Shown: in pieces, positions 7,894-18,411 of the stretch
How the letters are laid out: each line of letters starts with the position of its first letter
Numbering within the stretch: the stretch's first letter is position 1
DNA from: an uncultured Planctomycetaceae bacterium
Lineage (GTDB): Bacteria > Planctomycetota > Planctomycetia > Planctomycetales > Planctomycetaceae
Assembly: GCA_963815195.1 (NCBI GenBank)
Contig: CAWFGE010000012.1
Span: 576,001 to 640,000, forward strand
Direction: 5' to 3'
Length of the DNA: 64,000 nt
Notes under the pieces: generated by a model
Seen by the model: the letters and a program-made list of their open reading frames with translations, nothing else
Database searches by the model: none
Told to the model about the DNA's origin: nothing
Made by a program: the position numbers and the translations under genes

Positions 7894-10800
7894 ACGGCCG
7901 ACTCACCGACCGGCGAGATGTCCGCGGTGGGTTGCGAATCCTGGACGAGTTTCAAATCGTACGCGGCTTCGCATGCTGTGAAGCGTCTCTCGGCGGCCTC
8001 GCGGTGCGCGTGTTGCGAGTGGGGATCGGACACATGTTGGGCCAAACGCCAATGGGCGAGGCCTTGCTCGTAGAGCATATTCAATCCCTCCGCGGCGGCG
8101 AGGCTTTCTTTCCAACGGCCGATCGCTTTTTCACGCTGACCTTCGAGCCTCGCCCGTTCGCCTTGCCAGAGATGAAAGCGAGGTTTGCCGATCGGGAAAA
8201 CGTGGGCGTAGGTTTTCATCGCCTTGAGCGCGGACCGCACGGCCGCCCGGTTTTTCTTGTCGGATGGTTCGCGGGTTTCGGATTCCCAGCGGGCAAGATA
8301 GATTTCCACGACGGCCGAGTAGCCTTCGAGCAAGACATAACTCGTGGGCCGGCCCAGGCGGCGGATTCTCTCGAACACCGCGTCGGCTTCGGACAGGGCG
8401 GCGAGCAAATCGTGTTCCCGCAGCCTCGCCACCGCCAACACGCCTTGCACCATGATCTCGGAAATCCGGTCGGTGTTGACCTTGAACATCGCGAGGGCGG
8501 CCTCGGCGTGCGCGATGGTTTCCGCAAAATCGCCCAGCCGGAGTTGATTGAGCGCGGACCCCCCGTGCCCCCACGCCTGATGCAGCACATCGTCCCGGCG
8601 GAGCGATCGCTCGTGATGTTCCGACCAGATCCGAAAACCCTCGCGGAAGTTCCCCGCGAAATAATACGAGCCCCCCAAGACGGTGGAGGTCGTGGCGTAT
8701 TTCCGGTAGTCGCCAAGCTGCTTGTAGAGGTCCATCGCCCGCGTGAGGTTGTCCCGGGCGACGACCCAATTTCCGACCCCCACGTGATAGATGCCCGTCG
8801 TGAGCGACACCCACGCCGAGGACGGCAAGTGCTCGACCTGATCGACGGTCGCCCGCGCCTGCCGCATGTACGAAGCCGCCAAAGTCCGGCACGGGATGGC
8901 CGCGGCGGTCAGGCCCATGTTGGCGAACGCCCGCGCGAGTTCGGGCGTGGGGCCGGCCTGTTCCGCCAGGTTGAGCATCCGCAAGCAGGCGTACAAAAAC
9001 CGCAGCGTATCGTTGCCCAGGTAATGGATTTCGGCAAGCTGCTCCCAAACGTGGACGGTTTCGAGCAGGGCCTCTTCTTTTGAGGGCTTTCTCACTTGGC
9101 CTTTCCGCAGCCGATGCCAAACCTGCCTCGCGGACTGCTGCAAGAGCCGGCCGGCGCAGCTTGCGGGCCGGACGGGGGCCGGTTCGCCGATCCATTGGAG
9201 AGCCGCGACGCATTCGTCCCGGCTGTCCTCCAGTCGTCCGAGCCCCATCAGTGAAGCGGCGAAGCGGCGGTGCAGGCTCGCCCGGTGCAATCGCTCCGCC
9301 GGACCGAAGTCCGCCGGTGCCCCCGGCTCCAAGCGGTGGAGGACCGACTGAAAGAACTCGGTGGCTTCCTGATAGGCCCCGTTTTTGAGCGCATGATCGC
9401 CGGCCTGCTCCTGATACAGCCGGGCTTTGTTCTCGACGCCCGCCTGATTCCAATGGTGGGCCAGGAGCGCGAAGGTCGCGGCGGGCCGGCGCTCCGCGGA
9501 GGCTTCGTACCATTCCGCAATTGCCCGGTGCAACTCGCGGCGCTGTTGGAAAAGCATCAGATGATAGGCCACCTCTTGGATGATGATGTGCTTGAAGGCA
9601 TAACTCAATTCCGGCGTTTGGGCCGTTCGCAGGATGAGGTCCCGCTGGCAGACCGTGTCGATGTGAATGGGCAATTCATCCCGGTCGTCCGGAACCGGAT
9701 ACGCGTGGTAGAGCACCGGAAACTCGAAGCTCCGCCCGATGACGCTCGCGGTCTTCATCGTCAACAGCTCCGGCGGCCTGAGCCGGTCGAACCGGCTGCG
9801 GATCACCCCGTGCAGCGCATTGGGAAAATCCAAAGCGGCCAGTTCGGAGGGCGGGCACGCCAGCACCGCCTGGTCCTCTTCCACGCGGACCTTCTTCGAG
9901 TCCCGAAGCACGAACACGAGTTCTTCCGAGTAGAGCGGATTGCCCTCGGCACGATTGTAGATCCAATCCGCAACTTCCGCGGGAACGTCGGCGACGCCCA
10001 GGCGTTCGCAAATCAATTGGCGGACTTCCTGCGCGGAAAGGGGCGTGAGCAGGATCGCGATCGTTTGATCCAACTCTTTCAAAGCCGAATAGTCGGCGGG
10101 CACGGGATCGTCAAGGGGCCGCGTGGCCACGGCGAGCATCAGCGAAGGCACCTGCCGGGCCACTTGCCGGGCGATGGCCCAGGACGCCGAGTCAAACCAC
10201 TGCCCGTCGTCGAGCACGATCAACAGCGGGTTTTCGCTCGATTTTTTCCGCAACAGTCGCACGATCAACTTCTGCAGGTTGTCGGCCCGGACCTGGCCCA
10301 CCATGTCCCGCGTCGTGGGATTTTCCGGCAGGTCCAAAGGCAGAATGCTGTTGAGCAACGGAGCCAGCGTGATCAGCTGATCTTCCGATTCGAGCCACGC
10401 AAGGAGCCGATCCCGGGGAGCCGCCGGGGCCGCCGCCTCGAGGCCGAGTTCTTCCAAAAGCCCGGCCATCACCGGCCGCCAGACGTGGTACGGGGACGAT
10501 TCCTCAATCGAATCCCCCCGGCCGGCGAGCACGCTGAAGCCCCGGCTTCGGGCGGCGTCGGTCAGGTGTTGCACCAGCCGCGATTTCCCGATGCCCGCAT
10601 CGCCTTCGATGAGGAGCACGCAGGCCGAGTTCCGTCCGCGGCAGTCGTCCAGAATCTTCTGGATCATCTCGCGCTGCTGGTCGTGGCCGAACGTGGCGGA
10701 ATGCGAGGCTTGCGAGGTTTGCCGCTGCTTGATGGGTTCAAAGATCGCGACCTGCTTGCCGGCCTTCCCTTTGACCTGGATGGATTTATGAACCACAAAC

Positions 10801-12008
10801 CAGAACCGGTGATGCGTCAGATTGTGAGTCAAATCGTCGCAGAGAATACGATTTTCGGCGTGCTGCATCAGCCGGGCCGCGAGATTGACCGTGTCGCCGA
10901 TCATCGTGTACTCCCGGCGCTGGCCGCTGCCCACGGAACCGCAAAAACAGTCGCCCGTGGTGATGCCGATTTGCGGGGCGTGGGTCTCGTCCGTCAACGC
11001 GTCTTTCAGATCCCGCGCGGCGAGCACGGCGCGCACGGCGTCGTCTTCGTGCGTCAAGGGCGGCAAACCGAAGGCGACCACCGCCGTGACGCCTTTGTCG
11101 TCCATGCTGAGCTTGTTCAGACTCCCCTGGTACTGCGTGACGGTGCGTTCGAGGACTTCCACGACGGACTGCGCGGTCGCCAAGGGGATTTGCGATTTGA
11201 GCCAGGACAAATTCACGAACATCACCGTAATCCGGCGCAGCTCGGCCATCCAATCGTGTTGGCCCGCGGAGATCCGCCCAAACACGACCGCGGGAAGCGC
11301 TCCACAGAGGCCGGCTTCCATTTCGGGCTTCAATTGAACCGGTGGCCGCGGCGAGATGGAGACGGGCTTGCCGACGCGCCCGAGAATCACGCAGCCGCCT
11401 TGGACCGTTTGGCCTTCGCAATGACTTTCCAGCGATTTCCACGCCTGGGGGCTGACGACGACTTTGCCCACTTCGGCCGCCTTGCCTGCGGATTGCAATT
11501 CGATGATCGGGTCGCCCGCGAGCAGCAATTCCCACCGCCCCTCCACGCCGCCCAATTCCAGGATGCGAAAGTCGCCCGCGGCGAGGCTGATTCTGAGCTT
11601 CAGCGGCTTATTGCCGGCCTGGTAGTTTGCGAGCTGCTTTTGAATCGTCAAGGCGCACTGGGCGGCTTGGAGCGTCGCGGTTTCCGGCGTTTTCCCGGAG
11701 TCGCCCGCGATCCAAACGGCGAGGAGCGCGTCCCCCGCGAACTTGACCACGTCCCCGCCGTGATGATGAACCAGCCGGATCAAGTGGCCGAAATAATCGT
11801 TGAGCAGCCCGGTCAGTTCCTCGGCCCCGGCGGGATTGTCTTGCGCAAGCTGATCGGCCAACCGCGAGAAGCCCGCAATGTCGGCAAACAACACCGCTCC
11901 CGTGAGATGCTCTTCGCGCGGCTGCGAAAGCGGCGCGGGATCCTTCTCCAACCGCTCGATCACCAAGCGCGGAACATAGCTGGCCAACGTGTCGAGCGGA
12001 ACCGTCAT
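7890..12008 (-). CDS. Tandem class III nucleotidyl cyclase plus STAND-type AAA ATPase plus TPR-like repeats (soluble adenylyl cyclase-like)
   Basis: C1 FADIAGFS and VKFAGDA; C2 NKLSMDDKG and EYTMIGDTVNLAARLM; Walker A GDAGIGKS; Walker B LDDGQWFD; EGNPLY; helical C-terminus; likely start MTVPL at 12008. Confidence 0.88.
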   Translation of the reverse strand: MTVPLDTLASYVPRLVIERLEKDPAPLSQPREEHLTGAVLFADIAGFSRLADQLAQDNPAGAEELTGLLNDYFGHLIRLVHHHGGDVVKFAGDALLAVWIAGDSGKTPETATLQAAQCALTIQKQLANYQAGNKPLKLRISLAAGDFRILELGGVEGRWELLLAGDPIIELQSAGKAAEVGKVVVSPQAWKSLESHCEGQTVQGGCVILGRVGKPVSISPRPPVQLKPEMEAGLCGALPAVVFGRISAGQHDWMAELRRITVMFVNLSWLKSQIPLATAQSVVEVLERTVTQYQGSLNKLSMDDKGVTAVVAFGLPPLTHEDDAVRAVLAARDLKDALTDETHAPQIGITTGDCFCGSVGSGQRREYTMIGDTVNLAARLMQHAENRILCDDLTHNLTHHRFWFVVHKSIQVKGKAGKQVAIFEPIKQRQTSQASHSATFGHDQQREMIQKILDDCRGRNSACVLLIEGDAGIGKSRLVQHLTDAARSRGFSVLAGRGDSIEESSPYHVWRPVMAGLLEELGLEAAAPAAPRDRLLAWLESEDQLITLAPLLNSILPLDLPENPTTRDMVGQVRADNLQKLIVRLLRKKSSENPLLIVLDDGQWFDSASWAIARQVARQVPSLMLAVATRPLDDPVPADYSALKELDQTIAILLTPLSAQEVRQLICERLGVADVPAEVADWIYNRAEGNPLYSEELVFVLRDSKKVRVEEDQAVLACPPSELAALDFPNALHGVIRSRFDRLRPPELLTMKTASVIGRSFEFPVLYHAYPVPDDRDELPIHIDTVCQRDLILRTAQTPELSYAFKHIIIQEVAYHLMLFQQRRELHRAIAEWYEASAERRPAATFALLAHHWNQAGVENKARLYQEQAGDHALKNGAYQEATEFFQSVLHRLEPGAPADFGPAERLHRASLHRRFAASLMGLGRLEDSRDECVAALQWIGEPAPVRPASCAGRLLQQSARQVWHRLRKGQVRKPSKEEALLETVHVWEQLAEIHYLGNDTLRFLYACLRMLNLAEQAGPTPELARAFANMGLTAAAIPCRTLAASYMRQARATVDQVEHLPSSAWVSLTTGIYHVGVGNWVVARDNLTRAMDLYKQLGDYRKYATTSTVLGGSYYFAGNFREGFRIWSEHHERSLRRDDVLHQAWGHGGSALNQLRLGDFAETIAHAEAALAMFKVNTDRISEIMVQGVLAVARLREHDLLAALSEADAVFERIRRLGRPTSYVLLEGYSAVVEIYLARWESETREPSDKKNRAAVRSALKAMKTYAHVFPIGKPRFHLWQGERARLEGQREKAIGRWKESLAAAEGLNMLYEQGLAHWRLAQHVSDPHSQHAHREAAERRFTACEAAYDLKLVQDSQPTADISPVGESAV

Positions 12009-12200
12009 CGCATAGAGCTCGCGGCGGGATTCTCCGAGACCGGGAATCACAAAAGGGCTGCCGGCGCATTTCCCGGCAAGCCGAAATGGAAGAAATGTTT
12101 GGCCCTCCAAATTTCTTGTAGTTCTCCCTTCTGGGAAAGTCAAGAATTGCCGTCGATGCGTTGGCTCGCGTGCGTGTCTCGTCGAAAAAAGTGTGAACCT

Positions 12201-12277
12201 GGGTGGCACGCCCTGAGGAACGAAGGGCGTGGTCCTAAGGATCGCCCCGCTCTTCGCTCCTCAAGGACGTGCCACCC
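12201..12277. repeat. REP-like inverted repeat (second copy at 41049-41082)
   Basis: GGGTGGCACGCCCTGAGGAACGAAGGGCGTGGT paired with a degenerate complement ending GACGTGCCACCC. Confidence 0.75.
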
Positions 12278-12457
12278 GTGCCACCCAATCCACTGAAAAA
12301 TAGCGCGAAAGATTTTCCGCCTTTTTTGTGAGACACACGCTCCGTTCTCCGTTGACGGCCGGGTTGTTTCCAGTTTCCGCCGGGAACTTTTATAGTGGGA
12401 TTCCTTGGAACGACCGATGTCTGTTGAACCGTGCATCCAACGACCGGAGGATTTGAA

Positions 12458-14284
12458 ATGGGCCAGCGCTTGTGTGGATTGATCATCGGGGCGGGTGCGT
12501 GGATTTCTGTTTTAGGAAATCCGGTTTGGGCGGGGGAGGCGACCATTCGGATCGACACGCCTCTGCCGCCGCCGGCGTGGGCCGTGCTCGAGCGCGAGTT
12601 GCTGCGGGCCAACACGCGGGCGTGCCGGGAGTTCTTTGAAAAGTACTTCGACGAGCGGGGCTATCTGCGGTGCGTCGAGCGGTGGGGCGGGGACGACGGG
12701 CCCGACGATGCCATCGAAAACTGTGCCGACTGGCCGATCCTCCACGCCCTCGGTGCGCCGGACAGCGTTCTGGAAATGTACAAGAAAGCCTGGGAAGGGC
12801 ACCTTCGGCAATACACCGAGGCCAAGACGGTGGAGGTCCCCTTCGCCCGTGATGGGATGTACTACAAAGAGTTCCCCTGCATGATGGATTGGATGCACAA
12901 CGGCGAGGGCTTGAGGGTGTTCAATCTGCAAGGGCTCTCGGATCCCAATGACCGAAGCTTCGCCCGGCGGGTGCGTCGGTTTGCGGGGTTCTATATGAAC
13001 GAGGATCACGGAGCGCCCAATTACGATCCAAAGCACAAGATCATCCGCAGCCTGTTCAACGGCAGCCGGGGACCGCTATTGCGAAAAGCCACCGGACTCG
13101 ATTGGGCGGGCGATCCCATCGAGATCGAAAACCGCTTCCAACTCGGCCACGGCGAGCGGAATTACGAGGAAATGCTCGCCCACTTCAAAGACTATAACGA
13201 CATCTTAGGCGACCATCCGCAAAACCTCTCCGCCACCACGCTCGCCGCGAATGCGTTCCTGCTCACCGGCGAAGCGAAATACAAAACATGGCTGCTCGAA
13301 TACGTGGATGCCTGGCTCGAGCGGACCCAGGCCAACGGCGGCATCATTCCCAGCAACATCGGCTTGGATGGAACGATCGGCGGAGCCACCGGCGGGAAAT
13401 GGTACGGCGGCGTTTACGGATGGGGCTTTTCGGTCAAAGTCCCGCAAACCGGTGCCATCGCCCACCGCAGCCGGGTCGATCGCGGTTTGATCGGCTTTGG
13501 GAATGCCTACCTCCTCACCGGCGATCGGCGGTACATCGATGCGTGGACCCGCATGATCGATCAGATCAGCTCCCATCAAAAGACGATCGATGGAAAGACG
13601 ATGTATCCCCACATGTTCGGGGATCAAGGCTGGTATGCTTATGCCCCGGCCCCTTGGTCCGCGGGGGCTTTGGAATGTTATTTTTGGACCTGCGATCCGA
13701 AAGACAAATCCCGTGTCAAAGACAACGCCTGGCTGAAGTTTCTGGATGGGGACGATCCCGATTATCCCGTCCGCGCCTTGCAGCGGGATTTCGAAACGAT
13801 CCGAAAGAAAGTCGCCGGGATGCGGAACGATCCCACCACGCCGGACACGCGGTTGGCGGATGATCCTATGGAATACAACCCCGCCACCGTCGAGTCGCTT
13901 CGCCAACTGATGCTGGCGGGACTCGATCCGGGACGCGGGGGCGGCCCGTTTCATTGCCGATTGCGATATTTCGATCCGTTCCATCGCCGGGCCGGTCTTC
14001 CCGACGATGTGGCCGCCCTCGTGGACCGAATGACCGGCACAGAGGTCGCGGTGACGCTTGTCAACTTGAACCAGTCAGAACCGCGGACACTCGTCGTGCA
14101 AATGGGAGCCTACGCCGAGCACACATGTCAAAGCGTGGAGTGGGACGGGAAGAGAGTTGAGGTCGAAAACTCGAGATTCCGCGTGCAGTTGCAGCCGGGC
14201 TCAGGCGGCCGGTTGGTGATCGAAAACCGGCGCTACGCCAACGTGCCCACCCTGAAATTCCCCTGGGATCGCACTTCCGAATGA
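12458..14284 (+). CDS. Exported hypothetical protein (~608 aa), possibly a helical-barrel carbohydrate-active fold
   Basis: Long ORF with genome-like codon use, GGAGG RBS, N-terminal signal-like segment, W/G/D-rich motifs (RWGGDDGPDD, WYGGVYGW); fold is a guess. Confidence 0.75.
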   Translation: MGQRLCGLIIGAGAWISVLGNPVWAGEATIRIDTPLPPPAWAVLERELLRANTRACREFFEKYFDERGYLRCVERWGGDDGPDDAIENCADWPILHALGAPDSVLEMYKKAWEGHLRQYTEAKTVEVPFARDGMYYKEFPCMMDWMHNGEGLRVFNLQGLSDPNDRSFARRVRRFAGFYMNEDHGAPNYDPKHKIIRSLFNGSRGPLLRKATGLDWAGDPIEIENRFQLGHGERNYEEMLAHFKDYNDILGDHPQNLSATTLAANAFLLTGEAKYKTWLLEYVDAWLERTQANGGIIPSNIGLDGTIGGATGGKWYGGVYGWGFSVKVPQTGAIAHRSRVDRGLIGFGNAYLLTGDRRYIDAWTRMIDQISSHQKTIDGKTMYPHMFGDQGWYAYAPAPWSAGALECYFWTCDPKDKSRVKDNAWLKFLDGDDPDYPVRALQRDFETIRKKVAGMRNDPTTPDTRLADDPMEYNPATVESLRQLMLAGLDPGRGGGPFHCRLRYFDPFHRRAGLPDDVAALVDRMTGTEVAVTLVNLNQSEPRTLVVQMGAYAEHTCQSVEWDGKRVEVENSRFRVQLQPGSGGRLVIENRRYANVPTLKFPWDRTSE

Positions 14285-14348
14285 ATCGATCTCGCGGCTC
14301 GAAGCCGCCGCTACGAAAAACGAGGCGTCCGGCCCTCGATGGCTGTTC

Positions 14349-14711
14349 TCACGATTCGCCCTTCAGCCGGATCGGCAGGTCGTTGATTTTGGCGGCCATC
14401 ACGAAGTCGTTTTCCGAAAGGCCGCCGATCGCGTGGGTCGTCAATTCGACCGAAAGATGCCGGTAGCCCGTCAGATGCAGATCGGGATGATGGCCTTCGT
14501 CCTCGGCCAGTTGCGCAACGCGCTGGATAAAGTCCACGCCGGCCATAAAGTCTTTCACGACCCATTCCCGGCAGATTCGCTTGCCGTCGCCGTCCAATTC
14601 CCAACCGGGCAATTCCTTGAGCCAGCGGGAGGCATCTTCCAGGCCCACTTCGGGAACGCCGCCTTCGCAGGGCACGCATTTTTTGGATTTGAGTTCTTGC
14701 ACATCGACCAT
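14349..14711 (-). CDS. phhB: Pterin-4-alpha-carbinolamine dehydratase
   Basis: CVPCEGG, AEDEGHHPDL, THAIGGLSENDFVMAAKI. Confidence 0.92.
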   Translation of the reverse strand: MVDVQELKSKKCVPCEGGVPEVGLEDASRWLKELPGWELDGDGKRICREWVVKDFMAGVDFIQRVAQLAEDEGHHPDLHLTGYRHLSVELTTHAIGGLSENDFVMAAKINDLPIRLKGES

Positions 14712-14794
14712 GGTTAAACCTCCGCGGAAGTGCTATTGAATCCCCGTGAGCCGAGTCCACGGGCCTAACGGTTTTTTTGACCTTCACGATCAGT

Positions 14795-15985
14795 TTACGC
14801 GTTCATGCCCGGCATTGCGATCGCCGAGGTTGGGCCGCGGAGAATCGCGGCGGCGGGGGACCGGTCGGGAAGATTTCCCGGGGGAACGGCGACGACGTTT
14901 GCTCCCGTGCGGAGGGCAAACACGGCCGCCAGATTCAGCAGATCGACCGAGCGGGCCGACTCCCGCCCCATCCGAATCTGGCCGGTCTCCGTGTTGAAGG
15001 TCCCCGCCAGCCGAGCCCCGTCCGCGAGCAGCAAGGTCTCCACCATCCCGTCCCGGCAAGCGGGCACGATCATCGCCAAGGCGTTGGTTGCCCGATCGAG
15101 GGTCTTCGCTCCGTGATATTCCTCCCACAGGCGGTCGATTTCCCGTTTGTGGTACGCTTCCACAAGCGGCCAGGCCTGTTGATGCAGTTGGCGTCCCGAC
15201 AATTTGTCCGGATTGCCGGCGATGTGCTCGGGAATCAGGCCCACGGATCCATACACCTTCTGAAAGATCGGAAACAATTCGTCCACGCCCGCAAACACCA
15301 GCGACTCCGGCTGGTTATACAACATCGACTCCAAAGGCTCCGCGACTTTTCGAAGATAAGCGGTCAGATCGATGGATTTGGCATCCTCTTGATGCCCGTG
15401 AAACAGCGCGGCATCGGCCTGGCCTCTCCGCTGGCCGTGGAAGCTCAATTCCCGTTCCCGCCACCAGCCCAAGGCCGATTCCAAATCTTTCGGCAGGTCG
15501 GACGACTCGACCTCCTCCAGTTGGAATTGATTTCCCCGAAACACCCGGCACGACTTCTGGCTGACCGCCAACAGATAAAACGATTGGCCCGGCCGCAACA
15601 GCGAGACGATCGGCGTGACCAGGAAATGTTCCCCGACTTCGATCGTTTGATCGAACGGGGCCGGCAGGCGGAACGTGTGATGGGACCCGTCCCCAAGGAA
15701 CAGGGCCAGCCCCTCGCTTTGGTGGGTCCAGAAAAACTCGTCCCCCACCAGGTCCCGGGCCGGCTGGAGCCGATGCGCCACCTCGGGCCGGCGGAGTCCG
15801 TTCCGTTTGAGCAACGACTCCTCCGCCTCGTCGAGCATGTTTCTCAAGCGAACCGGATCCTGGCGGGATTCCGGCGCGGAGGGATGCGTCGGCAAGTAAA
15901 ACGAAACGCAAACGTCCTCTTTGATCTCCGCGAGTTCCCGCAGGTCCGCCTCGGCGATCATATCGTGCGATTGAACAGTCTTCAT
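14795..15985 (-). CDS. Bacterial archaeo-eukaryotic release factor-like (baeRF family 3/7-type) protein
   Basis: CVSFYLPTH...QDPVRLRN, FWTHQSEGLALF, YLLAVSQ, LVFAG, GNPD, G.VETLLL, DLLN.AAV.AL..GA.V; AGGAGG RBS. Confidence 0.8.
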   Translation of the reverse strand: MKTVQSHDMIAEADLRELAEIKEDVCVSFYLPTHPSAPESRQDPVRLRNMLDEAEESLLKRNGLRRPEVAHRLQPARDLVGDEFFWTHQSEGLALFLGDGSHHTFRLPAPFDQTIEVGEHFLVTPIVSLLRPGQSFYLLAVSQKSCRVFRGNQFQLEEVESSDLPKDLESALGWWRERELSFHGQRRGQADAALFHGHQEDAKSIDLTAYLRKVAEPLESMLYNQPESLVFAGVDELFPIFQKVYGSVGLIPEHIAGNPDKLSGRQLHQQAWPLVEAYHKREIDRLWEEYHGAKTLDRATNALAMIVPACRDGMVETLLLADGARLAGTFNTETGQIRMGRESARSVDLLNLAAVFALRTGANVVAVPPGNLPDRSPAAAILRGPTSAIAMPGMNA

Positions 15986-16012
15986 TGGTGAAAGCCTCCT
16001 GATCTCGGCGAT

Positions 16013-16028
16013 TGGAATGCGGATTGCA
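16013..16028 (+). promoter_or_regulatory. Candidate sigma-54 (-24/-12) promoter
   Basis: TGGAATGCGGATTGCA = GG-N10-GC with TTGCA, facing the ORF at 16196. Confidence 0.4.
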
Positions 16029-16058
16029 TTTGAGAGACCGTGCAGAGGGAAATACTTG

Positions 16059-16074
16059 GGCAAATCATGTTCCG
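16059..16074 (-). promoter_or_regulatory. Candidate sigma-54 (-24/-12) promoter for the baeRF gene
   Basis: Minus strand CGGAACATGATTTGCC = GG-N10-GC with TTGC, ~75 nt upstream of ATG 15985. Confidence 0.45.
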
Positions 16075-16195
16075 CTCGTTGGGAGTTCTCCGGGAATCTT
16101 CTCAGGCTCCCATGGTTCCCTCGGAATGTCGGATGATCGGGCAATCCGCCCGCTCAAGCCGCAATTGTTGTCCGCATCTTCCTATCGGGGAGCAA

Positions 16196-16681
16196 ATGAT
16201 GTCCGTCGAACAAGAAAAGCGTCGGTTTTGGAAATCCCATCAAGCGCAGCTCCACGGAGCGCTCGACCGATTTGAAGAATGCGCGGAAACGCCGTTCGTT
16301 CCCGGGGAATTGGAGAGCTGGCTCCAAGCGACCGAGGAGGCGCTTTATATTTTGATCCCGTTGCTGAAGGAACAGGCCGACTCGATTCATGCCGGCGAAT
16401 TTGAGGAGATTGCCGAAGCAAATCCGGGGCTTCTCTCGCGCGTGGAGGAAATGCGGGCCGAAGACCGGGCGATTAGGGAGCAGAAAGACAAAATCGTGGA
16501 TTGGTTATACGGTCTTGGGGCCCGGTTGAAACACGGGGCCAGCGAGACCGACCTCAAAAGCGACCTCGATCTGTTTGTCTCGGCCGCGCTGGAACTCGTG
16601 ATGCGGATCCACAAACAGGAGGTCGTCGTGCGGACCTGGCTGGTCGAGGCGTTCGATCGGGACCGCGGGACGGTCGATTAA
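16196..16681 (+). CDS. Hypothetical helical protein (possibly hemerythrin-like bundle)
   Basis: Amphipathic helical ORF with PGELESW, H...EEIA...PGL..RVEEM, RIHKQE...TWL.EAF.RDRG. Confidence 0.65.
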   Translation: MMSVEQEKRRFWKSHQAQLHGALDRFEECAETPFVPGELESWLQATEEALYILIPLLKEQADSIHAGEFEEIAEANPGLLSRVEEMRAEDRAIREQKDKIVDWLYGLGARLKHGASETDLKSDLDLFVSAALELVMRIHKQEVVVRTWLVEAFDRDRGTVD

Positions 16682-16724
16682 AACCCGGCTTGCGGTTGCG
16701 ACTCCTTCAGGGATTTCATCCGGC

Positions 16725-18223
16725 CTAGTCCTTGGCTTTCTGGGCGTCCGCGAGCCGGACTTCCTGTTCGAGCTCGATTCCGAAGGCATGAATGCGGTCC
16801 GCGACCTTGCCGCGCCCGATGCCGAGAATTTCCGCGGCTTGCGATTGGTTGCCGTGCGTTTCCCGCAGGACGCGGGTCAACAGGTAGCGTTCCATGCGTT
16901 CCACGACGGCGGCATACAAATCGTGCGCCCCTCTTTCAAAGCTTGTTCGACGAAGGGGGACAGATCGGCGGTGGGCAGATCGGGACCCTCCGCCAGGCCT
17001 CCGTTTTGCGACCCATCGCCGCGAGACGTCGCCGACGCCGCTTGGGAGGCCTTGCGGATTTCGTCCGGCAGGCAATCGGGCACGATGACCGGTCCCGTCA
17101 CGCTCAACAGGGCTTTGCGAATGACGCTCTGCAGCTCGCGGACGTTCCCCGGCCACGTGTAGTTCAATAAAAGCTCCACGGCGTCGGGCGAAATGCCTTC
17201 GACAAACTGCCGGTTCAGATCGTGCCCCAGCCGGCCCAGAAAATACTCGAGCAGATGAATCACGTCGCTGCCCCGTTCGCGGAGCGGCGGAAGCTGGATC
17301 GTAAACCCATTGAGGCGATAGAACAAATCTTCGCGGTACGCTCCCTTGGAGACCATGTTTTCCAGATCGCGATTGGTCGCCGCCAGGATTCGCACGTTGG
17401 TGCGGATCGTCTCGTTGCCTCCCACGCGCTCGAACTCCTGCTGCTGCAAGAGCCGGAGCACTTTGCCCTGCGTGGGGGGCGACATGTCGCCGATCTCGTC
17501 GAGAAAGATGGTCCCGTTGTGGCATTGCTCGAACTTGCCGATCCGCCGGCGGTCGGCTCCGGTGAAGGCGCCTTTCTCGTGGCCGAAGAGTTCGCTTTCG
17601 AGCAGCGTATCCGGGAGGGCCGCGCAGTTGACCGCCAGAAACGGGCCGTCTTTGCGCGGGCTGTGGTGATAGATCGCGCGGGCGACCAGTTCCTTTCCGG
17701 TGCCGCTTTCTCCGCGGATCAACACGGTCACATTTTGCGTGGCGACCCGGCCCACGGCTTTGTAGACATCCAACATCCGCGGGCTGCGTCCCACGAGCCG
17801 ATCCGCGGGGGACACCTCGCGCTCCAGGGGAATCTCGACGGGCGTTTGCATCATCACCCGCGTCGCAATCGCCCGGTCCACCAGGGCCGACAGATTCTTC
17901 AGATCCAAAGGCTTGATGAGATAGTCGTACGCCCCCAGCATCATGGCGTCGATGGCCGTGTCGCTTTCGGTATCGGCCGTGATGAAGATCACCGGCAGCC
18001 GGGAATCGAAGGCGGAAATCTGTCGAAAGACATCCAGTCCCGAATCGTGCGGCAGGACAATATCCAAAAGCACCACGTCCGGCGGATGCCGCCGCATCGC
18101 GGCCAGGCCTTCCTCCGCCGAACTCGCTTCGATCACCTCAATGGGAGGCGTGCGGTCCTCGAACGCCCCCCGCACGATGCGGCGAATACTGCGGTCATCG
18201 TCAATGACAAGCAATCTGGCCAT
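16725..18223 (-). CDS. Sigma-54-dependent response regulator (NtrC family; frameshift near 16929)
   Basis: Receiver VIDDD/LLDI/KP; GESGTGKE, ESELFGHEKGAFTGA, FLDEIG, WPGNVREL; Fis-type HTH GNQSQAAEILGI is in the alternate frame (ORF 16725..17525). Confidence 0.93.
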
Positions 18224-18290
18224 AAACACAAACTCTCAATGCAAACGACATCCGATAAGAACGCGTTTGAGAATATATTCCTCCGCAAAC

Positions 18291-18372
18291 GTGAGCGGTA
18301 CGCCGCTAGCCGCCGGCGTTGATTTTGTGAGCATCCTTTCATCGAAGCCGGAGGCTAGCGCCTACCGCTCAC
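18291..18372. repeat. REP-like inverted repeat (TGAGCGG..GCTAGCC family; also 39005-39073 and 43002-43147)
   Basis: GTGAGCGGTACGCCGCTAGCCGCCGG ... CCGGAGGCTAGCGCCTACCGCTCAC. Confidence 0.8.
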
Positions 18373-18411
18373 GTTTTCAAGTTCGCGTCGATTATAGCCG
18401 ATTTCGCCGGG

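Noticed and set aside
7890..12008. Calling the cyclase-STAND-TPR gene an anti-phage (Avs/Pycsar-like) system
   Set aside because: No effector or defence genes nearby and it sits among housekeeping genes; a defence role cannot be supported from this window
7332..12296. Long plus-strand ORFs 7332..9083 and 9270..12296, and similar shadow ORFs elsewhere (835..2394, 53397..56285)
   Set aside because: Antisense shadows of well-supported genes, expected in high-GC DNA; no recognisable motifs
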